Position numbers and translations under genes: made by a program. From a virus (lineage: Duplodnaviria > Caudoviricetes), in the IMG/VR virus record IMGVR_UViG_3300033141_000787, positions 1-56,193 of that record: 56,193 nt of DNA. One strand, 5' to 3'. This document shows positions 10,390 through 19,274 of the stretch, in pieces. Below the pieces are notes generated by a model. That model was not told the DNA's origin and searched no databases. It worked only from the letters and a program-made list of their open reading frames with translations. Positions within the stretch are counted from its first letter, which is position 1; each line of letters opens with the position of its first letter.

Positions 10390-10911
10390 ATGGCACTACC
10401 TTTAATAGTAACACTTGGGTATATGGGATTTCAGATAGGTAGTTCTATTCTTTCAAGCTATAAACAAGGATTACGAGAGAAAGAATTACGTAGCGTATAT
10501 CTTAAAGGACTCCAATCTTTAACGGAGGCTAAGAAACCTATAGAAGAAATGTATGCTGCCCGCAAAGATATAATATCATCACAGCGTGGCACTGCACTTG
10601 GTCAGCTCACTGCTACAACAGGGTATAAATTCCGAGATATAGGTACTGAATTTAGTAGTATATTAGGACGTAGTGGATTCGCTGAATCAGGTATTGCCCG
10701 ATTAATGCGAGAAGATAAGGCTGAACGTCTCGGGGCACAATATTTGTACGGCAGAGGTACATTACTCGATAAATTTAATGAACAGCTATTAAGTGCGTCA
10801 CAGGAATATCAAGATAGGCTTAGTGAATTAGCTTCCGCCAGAGCAGAGTTAGAGACAGGCTATGTATCAGCAGGCGGTAGCCTTAAAGCCTTAGAAAGTT
10901 TATATAGATAA
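10390..10911 (+). CDS. Putative internal virion (ejected) protein
   Basis: Hydrophobic Gly/Ser N-terminus and helical body with GRSGFAESG, typical of podovirus ejection proteins. Confidence 0.55.
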   Translation: MALPLIVTLGYMGFQIGSSILSSYKQGLREKELRSVYLKGLQSLTEAKKPIEEMYAARKDIISSQRGTALGQLTATTGYKFRDIGTEFSSILGRSGFAESGIARLMREDKAERLGAQYLYGRGTLLDKFNEQLLSASQEYQDRLSELASARAELETGYVSAGGSLKALESLYR

Positions 10912-10934
10912 AATTAATGAAAGGTAGGTAAGTT

Positions 10935-12182
10935 ATGGCTTTAGGAACAGCAGCTCACGCAGCAGAGGTTATGCAAGCTATAGCCGAAGTTGGCAACAGG
11001 AGCGTTAGAGCAGCAGAAATTAAAGATGAACAGGCTCTAAAGATTGCTCTTACATTATATGCTGAACAGTCCGAAAGTCAGCGTAGAGCTTACGAAATGC
11101 AGTTAGCTACTGCACTTCAGGAATATAGTAACATACAGGCTCAGAAACGTGAGGCCTTGAAATCATTAGCCAAGATTGGCTTAATGGATAAGGCTAAGGG
11201 GAATCTTGATACTGTAAGTGCTGACTTCCAGGCTATACTTAATAAAGAGGTTGATAATAAAGAACTTAAGTTAAGCACATTGGCTCAGCAGGAATCCTTC
11301 TATCAGGGTAAGATACATGCTGCATCACAGCTTGTTAGTAGGGAAGCTGCTAATTTGAATAAAGCACTTAACCTGTTGAGTGCGTATAGTAGAGGACAAA
11401 GAAGTCCGTTGCTTGGTGAGGCTATTAAAATATCTACTGCTGATAGAGATTTTATAGCTGATAAGAAGGAAGTTGAAGCTATTGTAAATATGGCTAAGAA
11501 GGCAGGTTACAGCGATGCAGAAATACAAGGACTTACAAGTCAGTTATCTGAAGCCTTAGCTAAGGCACAAGAGGCAAATATTAAACAGCAGCAGATAGAC
11601 TTAATGAAACAGCAATTAAGTATTGAAGCTCTTAAATACGGGCCAGAGGCTAAACCTGATATTGGTAGACTTACTGAGATTGCTAACACTGCACTTGCTT
11701 CTCGCCTATCTTTGATTCCTAAAGAAGATATAGAAGCCAGAAGACAAGCGTATAGTGAATGGGAGACTTGGGCTGATAGGTTATACAAGCAGTATGGATA
11801 TAAAGGATTACCTACAGGTATGTTTGATACCAGTAGATTACCTGTTACCGAAAAAGAGCCATCAATATGGGCTAAAATATTTGGCGGTGAAACAACTACC
11901 GAGGCTGCGATTAACATGTATCAGGACGTATATGATTACTTTAAGAGTGGTGGATTATTCAAATATCTATTTGATAGCAATGCAGCAACTCCTACTAAAG
12001 AGCCTATGGTAGGGCCTACAATACCACGTGATATATTAAGAGAGCGTAGTAGGCCAAGGAAAAAGACTAAGAGTACTACCACTAAAACTACTAAGACTAA
12101 AAAGAGTACACCTTCTACAAAGCAGAGATTGATACAGGTTGGTCTTAATTATCATACAAATGGATTAAAGGGGTTATTCTAA
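10935..12182 (+). CDS. Putative internal virion protein, alpha-helical
   Basis: Ala/Gln-rich coiled coil; position in the cluster. Confidence 0.55.
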   Translation: MALGTAAHAAEVMQAIAEVGNRSVRAAEIKDEQALKIALTLYAEQSESQRRAYEMQLATALQEYSNIQAQKREALKSLAKIGLMDKAKGNLDTVSADFQAILNKEVDNKELKLSTLAQQESFYQGKIHAASQLVSREAANLNKALNLLSAYSRGQRSPLLGEAIKISTADRDFIADKKEVEAIVNMAKKAGYSDAEIQGLTSQLSEALAKAQEANIKQQQIDLMKQQLSIEALKYGPEAKPDIGRLTEIANTALASRLSLIPKEDIEARRQAYSEWETWADRLYKQYGYKGLPTGMFDTSRLPVTEKEPSIWAKIFGGETTTEAAINMYQDVYDYFKSGGLFKYLFDSNAATPTKEPMVGPTIPRDILRERSRPRKKTKSTTTKTTKTKKSTPSTKQRLIQVGLNYHTNGLKGLF

Positions 12183-12187
12183 AAAAA

Positions 12188-15100
12188 ATGCCTGAGAGCT
12201 ACGTAGATATAGATAGACTATTAGAGCATACTATAATAGGGTACGACTATCCTAATAAGAAGTATGTGCCTGATAGGTCATTCTTTGTAGACGCTTTTAA
12301 TACAGTTGCAGCAGGCGGACTTGATGCTGTGGAAATGGTAGCTAAAGCTTTATCTTCTGCTGGTATACCTGCTGAGGGCGTAGTTAATTCAATACGTCAA
12401 TATAAAGCTTCAGCTACTTGGGACGACCCTTCAAGACAGTATTATGAAGATGGTGCAAGACGTACTGTAATGGATATATTACGCTCTGCGTCTCAGAGTC
12501 TTGGTACTCGGAGTATTGGTATACTTGCCGGTGGACTTGCAGGATTGGTTACAGCAGGCCCTGCTGGTATGGTAGGTGGAGCTGCTATAGGAGCTACCGC
12601 TACAGGAGGCCCTGTATACGGCTTATCTACCTATTATGATTTTATGGAAGACGCCAAGAATCATGGAATACCTATAGATACAGTACGTAATGATGCTATC
12701 CTTGCTGCCGTTACTGAGGGTGGTTTGGAAATGGCTTCAGACCTTATATTTGGTAGGTTGATGGGTCTATTTGGCAAAAGCGGGAAAGAGGCTACTAAAG
12801 GATTTATGAAGTCATTAACTGAAAAGACAACAGTATCACAGTTTACTAAGAAGTTCTTACTGTCCTATGCCAAGGTTGCATCAGAGGAAATACCTACCGA
12901 GTTAGCACAAGATTACTTTGGCTATCATATTAGAAAGAATGCAGGATTGCCGGTAACTACTGACCTTGCCCAGAGCCTTAAACAGACCGCCGTAGTTACC
13001 GCTGGTACATCAGCCTTGTTTGCTCTTGGTGGTCTTGGTGGTTTAGAGCTTAGGAAGAAATTTATAAAGTCTCAGATTGATGCAGCGGCGGTACTTAGTG
13101 AGATAGCAGATAATCCAGAGGCGGAACTTACAGAGCAGCAAGTAACTAAACTACAAGAAGTTAATCAGGTACGGGCATTAGCAATAGATGAGTATAATAA
13201 GTATAAGGAAGACCAGGAAAAAGGCCGTAGAACTTTAGTTGACTTAATAGCTATAGCAAGTAGGTTAGGACCTGTACTGCTTTGGGACTTAAAGTATAGA
13301 CCGGTTAACGCAAAGGGAGAGCCTGTATTAGGATTAGCCTTTAAAGGACGTGGAGTTGCCACATTACCACACCCTCTTGTAGTAGGTCATGAGATTGGCC
13401 ATAGGATGGTTGACCATAAACTGCTTGATTACAATAAGCCTGGAATACCTAAAAATGAACTTATACGTGTAAGCAGACTACACAGGAAGTCGGTATATAG
13501 AGGTATGTATCCAGATGCACCTCAGTCAGCTATTAATAAAGAAGTTGATAAACGTGCATATAAAGGACAGGAAGACCAGGACTCAATCAGTGAAGCTATC
13601 GGAGATTTTGTAGGGCTGTACCTATATATGCCTGAGATAGTCAGTAAGATGGCTCCAAGAACATCTGAAGTATTAGGGCCTCAAATTGACAGAATAACAC
13701 GCATTCCTCAAGACTATGCTGAAACCAAGGCTATGATTACTGAATATAGTGCACGCATAGCCAGAAGGTTTGTCGGCTTTGCCATGGAGGTTAAAGCCAA
13801 AAAGCAGGCAGATAAGCCATTTGCTGCACCTGAAGAACCTACCTCGAAAGACGTATTTAATGAGGAGCTTAATAATAGGGTAGGCCCTCAAGCGTTCGCT
13901 GAGGATATAGCTGATGAATTTGATGCTGTATCTAAAATCATTCAGGACGAGTTAGGAATAACTGATGATGCTAAATTAGGCTTCATGGCCAATACCATTA
14001 TAAAGCGTGGAGGATTACCAGAAGAAGCTACCGCACGTAAAAGATATTTACAGACTGTCGAATGGGCTGCAAGTAAGGTAATAAAAACTCAGAAGAAAGG
14101 TATTACTAATCTGTTTAATCCGTGGGTATCTATACGATATGGCTTTGCTGACCTTGAAGCTAAGACTGGTGTAGTTGGTTTACATAAGGACGCCAAGAGC
14201 TTTATGTATAAAACCGGGCAGTCCCATTATAATAGCAGTACACGTATAGATAGAATGTTCAGAGATAATGATATTGACCCCAGTAAGTTAGCTGATGACC
14301 CAGAGACTATTAAACAGGTAGTAGATTGGCTTTACGAGAAGGACGATAAGAAACGTGAAGCTATAACTTCAAAAATGAGCCCTTACGCATTAAAGGTAGC
14401 CAAGGTAGTACATAATGAATTGCAAGGTGAAACAGCTACTAATATAAGAATATCAAGGTGGCTTATGTGGCGTAGTATACCACGTAAGACTCTTGAGGAA
14501 TATCTGCAATTATATCATAGAGTTACAAGTAATAAAGCCTCACGTGAAGATATAAAACGCTATGGTAAGCTCCAAGGATATTTTGAGTCAATACTTCCTC
14601 CTGACTTAAAACCGGAATACGGAGTAGCTACAAGAGGGGCAAACTCAGTAATTATAAACCGTGGACTTACCTTAGAGGAGGCTAAAAAGGAAGCTGGAAA
14701 AGATAAGAAAGCATATAAGGTAGTACAGCTAACATCAGGACTTGAGGAATTATTAGACGCCGATGCTGTATATGAATCAGAGGGTATGGAAGGTTTACGT
14801 AAGTTCCTAAGTACTAAAACTTGGGGTACTCGTAAACATTACTATATGAGTAGTATAGAGCTTGATAATGCGTTAGAGCAGTTTGTTGGTAATATAACCT
14901 CGCCAGGAGTCTTAGGTAAGCATACAACGCCATCAGCACGTCCTGGAGCAAAACTTAGGGAATCTCATACAAGAACTACAGAAGGAATACCTAAAGACGC
15001 TGAAACATTCTTACCTGACCTGTACAACCATATTCAGCGTGCTGCTATGATAGCAGATGTTGGTATTGATATGTTGAAGCTGTCTGACAAGTTTATGACA

Positions 15101-16507
15101 GCAATGCCTAAAACCAGAGATGCTAACAGTCAAATACGTGTATTTAAAAGATTTGTGATGAATGCTATGGGGCTTGATGAATCTGCTCCGGTAGCTGTAA
15201 GAACAGTTGAAAAGATTAATAGATTCTTCTGGCAGACTTACCCACTTGCAATAAGCCGTATATTATGGTACTCATTCAGAAACTTGGCACAGAATATGAT
15301 TGCCGGCGGACAGTTAAATATCGGGGAGGCTGTCAAGTCAGGTCTCACAATAGCTACGTCTGGGCCAAGCGACTTGTTAAGAAAGCACTTCTCACTCAAC
15401 TTTAAATCTACTATATCACAGAAATTACCTATCTTCAGGCACTTTATGATGATGGAACATGATGTAGTGGATAAAAAATATAAACGGAAGATGACAAGAA
15501 TACTCGATACTTTAGGGCAAGCTATACCATTCTCAGATGAAGTTAACAGAATGCTATTGTTCCCTATAGTACATGATATAGCTGAGCGTAATATCAATGC
15601 TTACAAAGAGGGTAAGATTAATTTTGAACAACTGGCTAAACGTGCCGGACTTAATAACTTACACCCACAAGAGCTATTAGATATACAGGATTTACTTAAA
15701 CAAGGTAATTACGAAGATGCCATATTTGAGATAGCTGCTACCAAGGTAGCTAATACCCACTTCAGATATAGAGTAGCTGAACGTTCAGGAGTAGAACAGC
15801 ATAGAACTGCAAGACCATTAACAGGATTATATAACTGGCCTCGTGGACTTGTTGAATCTCTGTACTACAATGGAATAAAGCCATTTGTTGTAGGTATGGA
15901 AACTAAAAATTATAATGTGGCATTCTCAGGATTAACAGCACTTACTAAAGTACTTGGCGGTATGTTTGTAGCACGTGAACTGCTCAAAAAGATATTAGGT
16001 AAAAAAGATGAATATGGAGCATACGATACCTTTAATACTATATTCGGATACGCTCCTGGTAGTGCCGGACTCGGATTAGCAATGAGTGTATTTGAAGATT
16101 TCAAACGTGCACATGATTACGCTCGTGATGGTAATATAGATAAGGCATTCTTTACCTTATTAGATAGAGCAGCTTACCACTTGCCTTTAATAGCTGATAC
16201 TATTAATGCTTATGAAGCCTTACATGATAGGCGTGGAGTTAAGATGATGAGGCTTCTTGAAGCTAAAATTTATAAAGCCACTAAAGAGCCCGGTAAATCA
16301 GCTAAGAGGACTGCCGTAGAGAAATGGCAGCATATACTATTTGGTACTGAGGAAATACCACAATCTGAGGAGGCCAGGAAGCTGGCCAGAGAAAGAGAAA
16401 AAGCATTAAGGAAATTATATAGACAGTTAGGCATAAAATCTCCACTACTGAGTGCTGAAAATGCACTTGATATAGATAAATTGCTTAGACGATATAGTGT
16501 TATATAG
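12188..16507 (+). CDS. Large internal virion/DNA-ejection protein with a HExxH zincin-like motif
   Basis: 1439 aa; Gly/Ala-rich hydrophobic hairpin near the N-terminus; VGHEIGH and downstream SEAIGDF; last gene of the late arm. Confidence 0.6.
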   Translation: MPESYVDIDRLLEHTIIGYDYPNKKYVPDRSFFVDAFNTVAAGGLDAVEMVAKALSSAGIPAEGVVNSIRQYKASATWDDPSRQYYEDGARRTVMDILRSASQSLGTRSIGILAGGLAGLVTAGPAGMVGGAAIGATATGGPVYGLSTYYDFMEDAKNHGIPIDTVRNDAILAAVTEGGLEMASDLIFGRLMGLFGKSGKEATKGFMKSLTEKTTVSQFTKKFLLSYAKVASEEIPTELAQDYFGYHIRKNAGLPVTTDLAQSLKQTAVVTAGTSALFALGGLGGLELRKKFIKSQIDAAAVLSEIADNPEAELTEQQVTKLQEVNQVRALAIDEYNKYKEDQEKGRRTLVDLIAIASRLGPVLLWDLKYRPVNAKGEPVLGLAFKGRGVATLPHPLVVGHEIGHRMVDHKLLDYNKPGIPKNELIRVSRLHRKSVYRGMYPDAPQSAINKEVDKRAYKGQEDQDSISEAIGDFVGLYLYMPEIVSKMAPRTSEVLGPQIDRITRIPQDYAETKAMITEYSARIARRFVGFAMEVKAKKQADKPFAAPEEPTSKDVFNEELNNRVGPQAFAEDIADEFDAVSKIIQDELGITDDAKLGFMANTIIKRGGLPEEATARKRYLQTVEWAASKVIKTQKKGITNLFNPWVSIRYGFADLEAKTGVVGLHKDAKSFMYKTGQSHYNSSTRIDRMFRDNDIDPSKLADDPETIKQVVDWLYEKDDKKREAITSKMSPYALKVAKVVHNELQGETATNIRISRWLMWRSIPRKTLEEYLQLYHRVTSNKASREDIKRYGKLQGYFESILPPDLKPEYGVATRGANSVIINRGLTLEEAKKEAGKDKKAYKVVQLTSGLEELLDADAVYESEGMEGLRKFLSTKTWGTRKHYYMSSIELDNALEQFVGNITSPGVLGKHTTPSARPGAKLRESHTRTTEGIPKDAETFLPDLYNHIQRAAMIADVGIDMLKLSDKFMTAMPKTRDANSQIRVFKRFVMNAMGLDESAPVAVRTVEKINRFFWQTYPLAISRILWYSFRNLAQNMIAGGQLNIGEAVKSGLTIATSGPSDLLRKHFSLNFKSTISQKLPIFRHFMMMEHDVVDKKYKRKMTRILDTLGQAIPFSDEVNRMLLFPIVHDIAERNINAYKEGKINFEQLAKRAGLNNLHPQELLDIQDLLKQGNYEDAIFEIAATKVANTHFRYRVAERSGVEQHRTARPLTGLYNWPRGLVESLYYNGIKPFVVGMETKNYNVAFSGLTALTKVLGGMFVARELLKKILGKKDEYGAYDTFNTIFGYAPGSAGLGLAMSVFEDFKRAHDYARDGNIDKAFFTLLDRAAYHLPLIADTINAYEALHDRRGVKMMRLLEAKIYKATKEPGKSAKRTAVEKWQHILFGTEEIPQSEEARKLAREREKALRKLYRQLGIKSPLLSAENALDIDKLLRRYSVI

Positions 16508-16512
16508 CAATC

Positions 16513-16821
16513 TTAATTCCTAAGTTTATCAAGTTTTTCTTTATGCTCAATCATTAAATTGAGCAATCTCTTATAGATACCATGAGGTAGGTTTTCCTGC
16601 ATCCATGTAAATATCTTCTTAGCTTGATATTCCAGAAACTCAGGGCGTCTTAACTGCTCATAATCAGTAGACTTCATATATATATGAAGATTCCTGGACT
16701 CTGTTGGAAGCTCAGCAGTACTATATCCGTACTTACGCTTTAGATTCCTCGGCAGTTTGCATAATCCAGCCATTTCCAACACTATATCGTCTTTTATTTC
16801 ATGTCTTCTTGACTTACTCAT
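16513..16821 (-). CDS. Hypothetical protein
   Basis: Coupled to the upstream ORF by a TAATG overlap. Confidence 0.6.
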   Translation of the reverse strand: MSKSRRHEIKDDIVLEMAGLCKLPRNLKRKYGYSTAELPTESRNLHIYMKSTDYEQLRRPEFLEYQAKKIFTWMQENLPHGIYKRLLNLMIEHKEKLDKLRN

Positions 16822-17165
16822 TACTTTTTCTTCACTGCCCTTATGGATTTAGTTGGTTCATCTGATTTAATAGTAGCTACTTCCATAGCCTTATTAACAA
16901 CTTCTGGAGCTACTCCGTTTTTAGCCAATTCCATACGGAGTACATCTTTATCGAATTTAGTACGGTAAGTATTACTAACAGAAAACAGATTAGGTACTAC
17001 CAAATCTTTGTATCCGAGCTTACGCATAAGTTCAAGTATTTCTTTCCTGTAAGATTCCTTTATATCCTCAAACTCTTTGCATTTCTTATCAGCTCGCTTA
17101 TACTCATGATACAGACGTTCAAACTTCTCTTTGTCTGTTTCTTTTACTACTGTTAGGTCTGCCAT
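16821..17165 (-). CDS. Hypothetical basic coiled-coil protein
   Basis: AAGGAGG RBS. Confidence 0.6.
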   Translation of the reverse strand: MADLTVVKETDKEKFERLYHEYKRADKKCKEFEDIKESYRKEILELMRKLGYKDLVVPNLFSVSNTYRTKFDKDVLRMELAKNGVAPEVVNKAMEVATIKSDEPTKSIRAVKKK

Positions 17166-17195
17166 CTTATACCTCCTTATTATGATTGTTAATCA

Positions 17196-17651
17196 TTATG
17201 TTTGCCGAACATCATATCTTAATTCTTTTGCTAATCTTTCAGCTCGTGAACCTACTTGTTTAGCCCATTTACTGTCTAACATTTCATGGCTTGCATTGGT
17301 ATAGTCCTTATTCCTGAGATACTTAATCATCTTCTTGAATGACTTTATTCTGTAACCAAGGTTAAAAGCCATATTAATAAATACTCCTTTACGTATATCA
17401 CTAAGCTCATGCCAGTGAGGTATAGTACCTTCGGCTATAAAATAAGCTCTGTATATATCATGGTGTAACATAATCTCAGCTTCGGTCTGGTCAATGCCGT
17501 TATCTTCTATGTTACGTCCATAACCGATAGTAATTTTACCGACTGAATCTTTATAAGGATAGGTTCTATAACCTTCATCGTGCATGATTGAGTCTATTAC
17601 ATAGTCGAATGATATTTTTGGTACTATATATATTTCACTATCGAATATCAT
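17196..17651 (-). CDS. Endolysin, T4-like lysozyme (GH24)
   Basis: DEGYRTYPYKDSVGKITIGYGRN (E-x8-D-x5-T triad), NMAFNLG, EMLDSKWAKQVGSRA. Confidence 0.92.
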   Translation of the reverse strand: MIFDSEIYIVPKISFDYVIDSIMHDEGYRTYPYKDSVGKITIGYGRNIEDNGIDQTEAEIMLHHDIYRAYFIAEGTIPHWHELSDIRKGVFINMAFNLGYRIKSFKKMIKYLRNKDYTNASHEMLDSKWAKQVGSRAERLAKELRYDVRQT

Positions 17652-17663
17652 AGTGGTATCCTC

Positions 17664-18047
17664 CTATTCAAACATGGAATTACTTTCATCACTATAGTCT
17701 ATCTTCTTTTGAGGTTCAAGTATTACATCATTATTGTTTACAAAAGTATGAATTATCCAACTATAGGAACTATTAAGTTTTATTATATTATATAGCTTAT
17801 ATGGGGGTATTGGTATTTCCACCTCCTCACAGAACTCCATGAGGTCAACTATACCCATTACTTTCTTGTCATAGATTGAAACATATTTATCATCTGTTAT
17901 TTTAGGCTCACTAAATTTTAGGTCTTTAGGGTTAGGTCTGTTATTACTAATATGGATTGAGACTTTCTCCATAACCTCTTTTAGTTCTGAGAGGAAACGT
18001 TCTTTTATACGTTCTATCTCCTCTAATAATTGAGTGTATTGACTCAT
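17664..18047 (-). CDS. Hypothetical protein
   Basis: AAGGAGG RBS. Confidence 0.6.
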   Translation of the reverse strand: MSQYTQLLEEIERIKERFLSELKEVMEKVSIHISNNRPNPKDLKFSEPKITDDKYVSIYDKKVMGIVDLMEFCEEVEIPIPPYKLYNIIKLNSSYSWIIHTFVNNNDVILEPQKKIDYSDESNSMFE

Positions 18048-18058
18048 GTAACACCTCC

Positions 18059-18796
18059 TTATAACTTTATAACAGCAGTGTATTTCTTACCATCCTTTAC
18101 CAAAGTAGCACTATATAATTGGTATTCAATAGTTCCGGTAGGCTCTCCTCTGCCATCTAAGTCTCCATTAAATAATAGGTTATCTCCGGCTTTAATTACG
18201 TCAGTTATAGTAAATACTGTAGCCGTCTTGCCGTCATTATTAGTTCCTACATCTGGATTACTTTTAGCTCCCTGTATCCAATCTACTCTCTGATTCAATG
18301 ATAATTTAATATCTGATATAGTATTAGCAGTATTATTAGTTATAGTACACTTAAACGAATCGTATATGTCCGTTACTTCTATACATATTGTAATGCTTTG
18401 CTCTAACTCCGCTTTTGTTGCTGACCTTAATATCGGAGCTGCCGGAGTACCAAACACTACTACTACAGGTTTTATTTTAAGGTCTACCTTAGCTATATTA
18501 CTAAGTTCAGATTCTTCGGTAGGGTTAACAGCAGTCATTGCAAAATATACTGTAGAATCCTGACTGGTAAATTGTATACTGCATGTAGTGTCAGCTTTTG
18601 GTATATCATCAAGTATAAGTATCCTGTAAGTACCATCAATCTGATAAATTCTAAAATGAGTTACTGATGAGTCAGCTTTATAATGTTCCTGAGTATCGGT
18701 ACGTGGAGTATATTTATCCCATTTAAAATCAATACGTACTGATTGTGCTGATAGTATTACAGGTAATACCAATAATATTAATAGTTTACGTATCAT
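18059..18796 (-). CDS. Exported protein with signal peptide and FN3-like domain
   Basis: MIRKLLILLVLPVILSA/Q signal; FKWD...HFRIY...YFAMTAVN...ESELSN FN3 pattern; second beta domain. Confidence 0.7.
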   Translation of the reverse strand: MIRKLLILLVLPVILSAQSVRIDFKWDKYTPRTDTQEHYKADSSVTHFRIYQIDGTYRILILDDIPKADTTCSIQFTSQDSTVYFAMTAVNPTEESELSNIAKVDLKIKPVVVVFGTPAAPILRSATKAELEQSITICIEVTDIYDSFKCTITNNTANTISDIKLSLNQRVDWIQGAKSNPDVGTNNDGKTATVFTITDVIKAGDNLLFNGDLDGRGEPTGTIEYQLYSATLVKDGKKYTAVIKL

Positions 18797-19092
18797 TCTG
18801 ATACCTCCTTATCTTTCCATCCCCATTGGAATATTATTGCATCCGCAGTCTTAGATAAGTATTTACGGTTTTTATACTTAAATCCCGTTAGCTTGAGTAC
18901 TGTATCAGGATGTGAATGTAAATACTGTATAAGCCATTTCCTGAACTTATTACGCTGTTTCTGTGACCAGCTATGCGTATGAAACCAGAATGGAGCACCA
19001 TAGTCTATTGTTTTATGGTCTACTCCTATAATACTACACTGTTTTTGTATTATAGGTTTCATAATATCTGGTATCATATCAAATGTTCTCAT
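18793..19092 (-). CDS. Hypothetical Trp-rich protein
   Basis: GGGAGG RBS; ATGA overlap with the next gene. Confidence 0.6.
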   Translation of the reverse strand: MRTFDMIPDIMKPIIQKQCSIIGVDHKTIDYGAPFWFHTHSWSQKQRNKFRKWLIQYLHSHPDTVLKLTGFKYKNRKYLSKTADAIIFQWGWKDKEVSE

Positions 19093-19237
19093 TGTTACCT
19101 CCCTTAACGGTGTTACGCTCTTGTTTCCTTCTACGTTTACGCCACTTCTTATAAGCCTTCATTGTTCTAAACCCTATGGCTTTAGCTAATAATTTTCTTG
19201 CACGCCGGTGAGGATTTACTAACTCATTCTTATTCAT
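19079..19237 (-). CDS. Small basic protein (52 aa, not in the ORF track)
   Basis: AAGGAGG RBS; MNKNELVNPHRRARKLLAKAIGFRTMKAYKKWRKRRRK... Confidence 0.55.
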   Translation of the reverse strand: MNKNELVNPHRRARKLLAKAIGFRTMKAYKKWRKRRRKQERNTVKGGNNENI

Positions 19238-19274
19238 TATATCCTCCTTACTTAAAATTCAGCTTCATATAGTT

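Noticed and set aside
12176-12190. A8 run as a programmed frameshift fusing two internal proteins
   Set aside because: The run begins within the TAA stop and an ATG follows directly; no further support.
927-16104. Short - strand ORFs inside the structural genes, and equivalent antisense ORFs elsewhere
   Set aside because: Shadows of long genes with no RBS or recognisable motifs.
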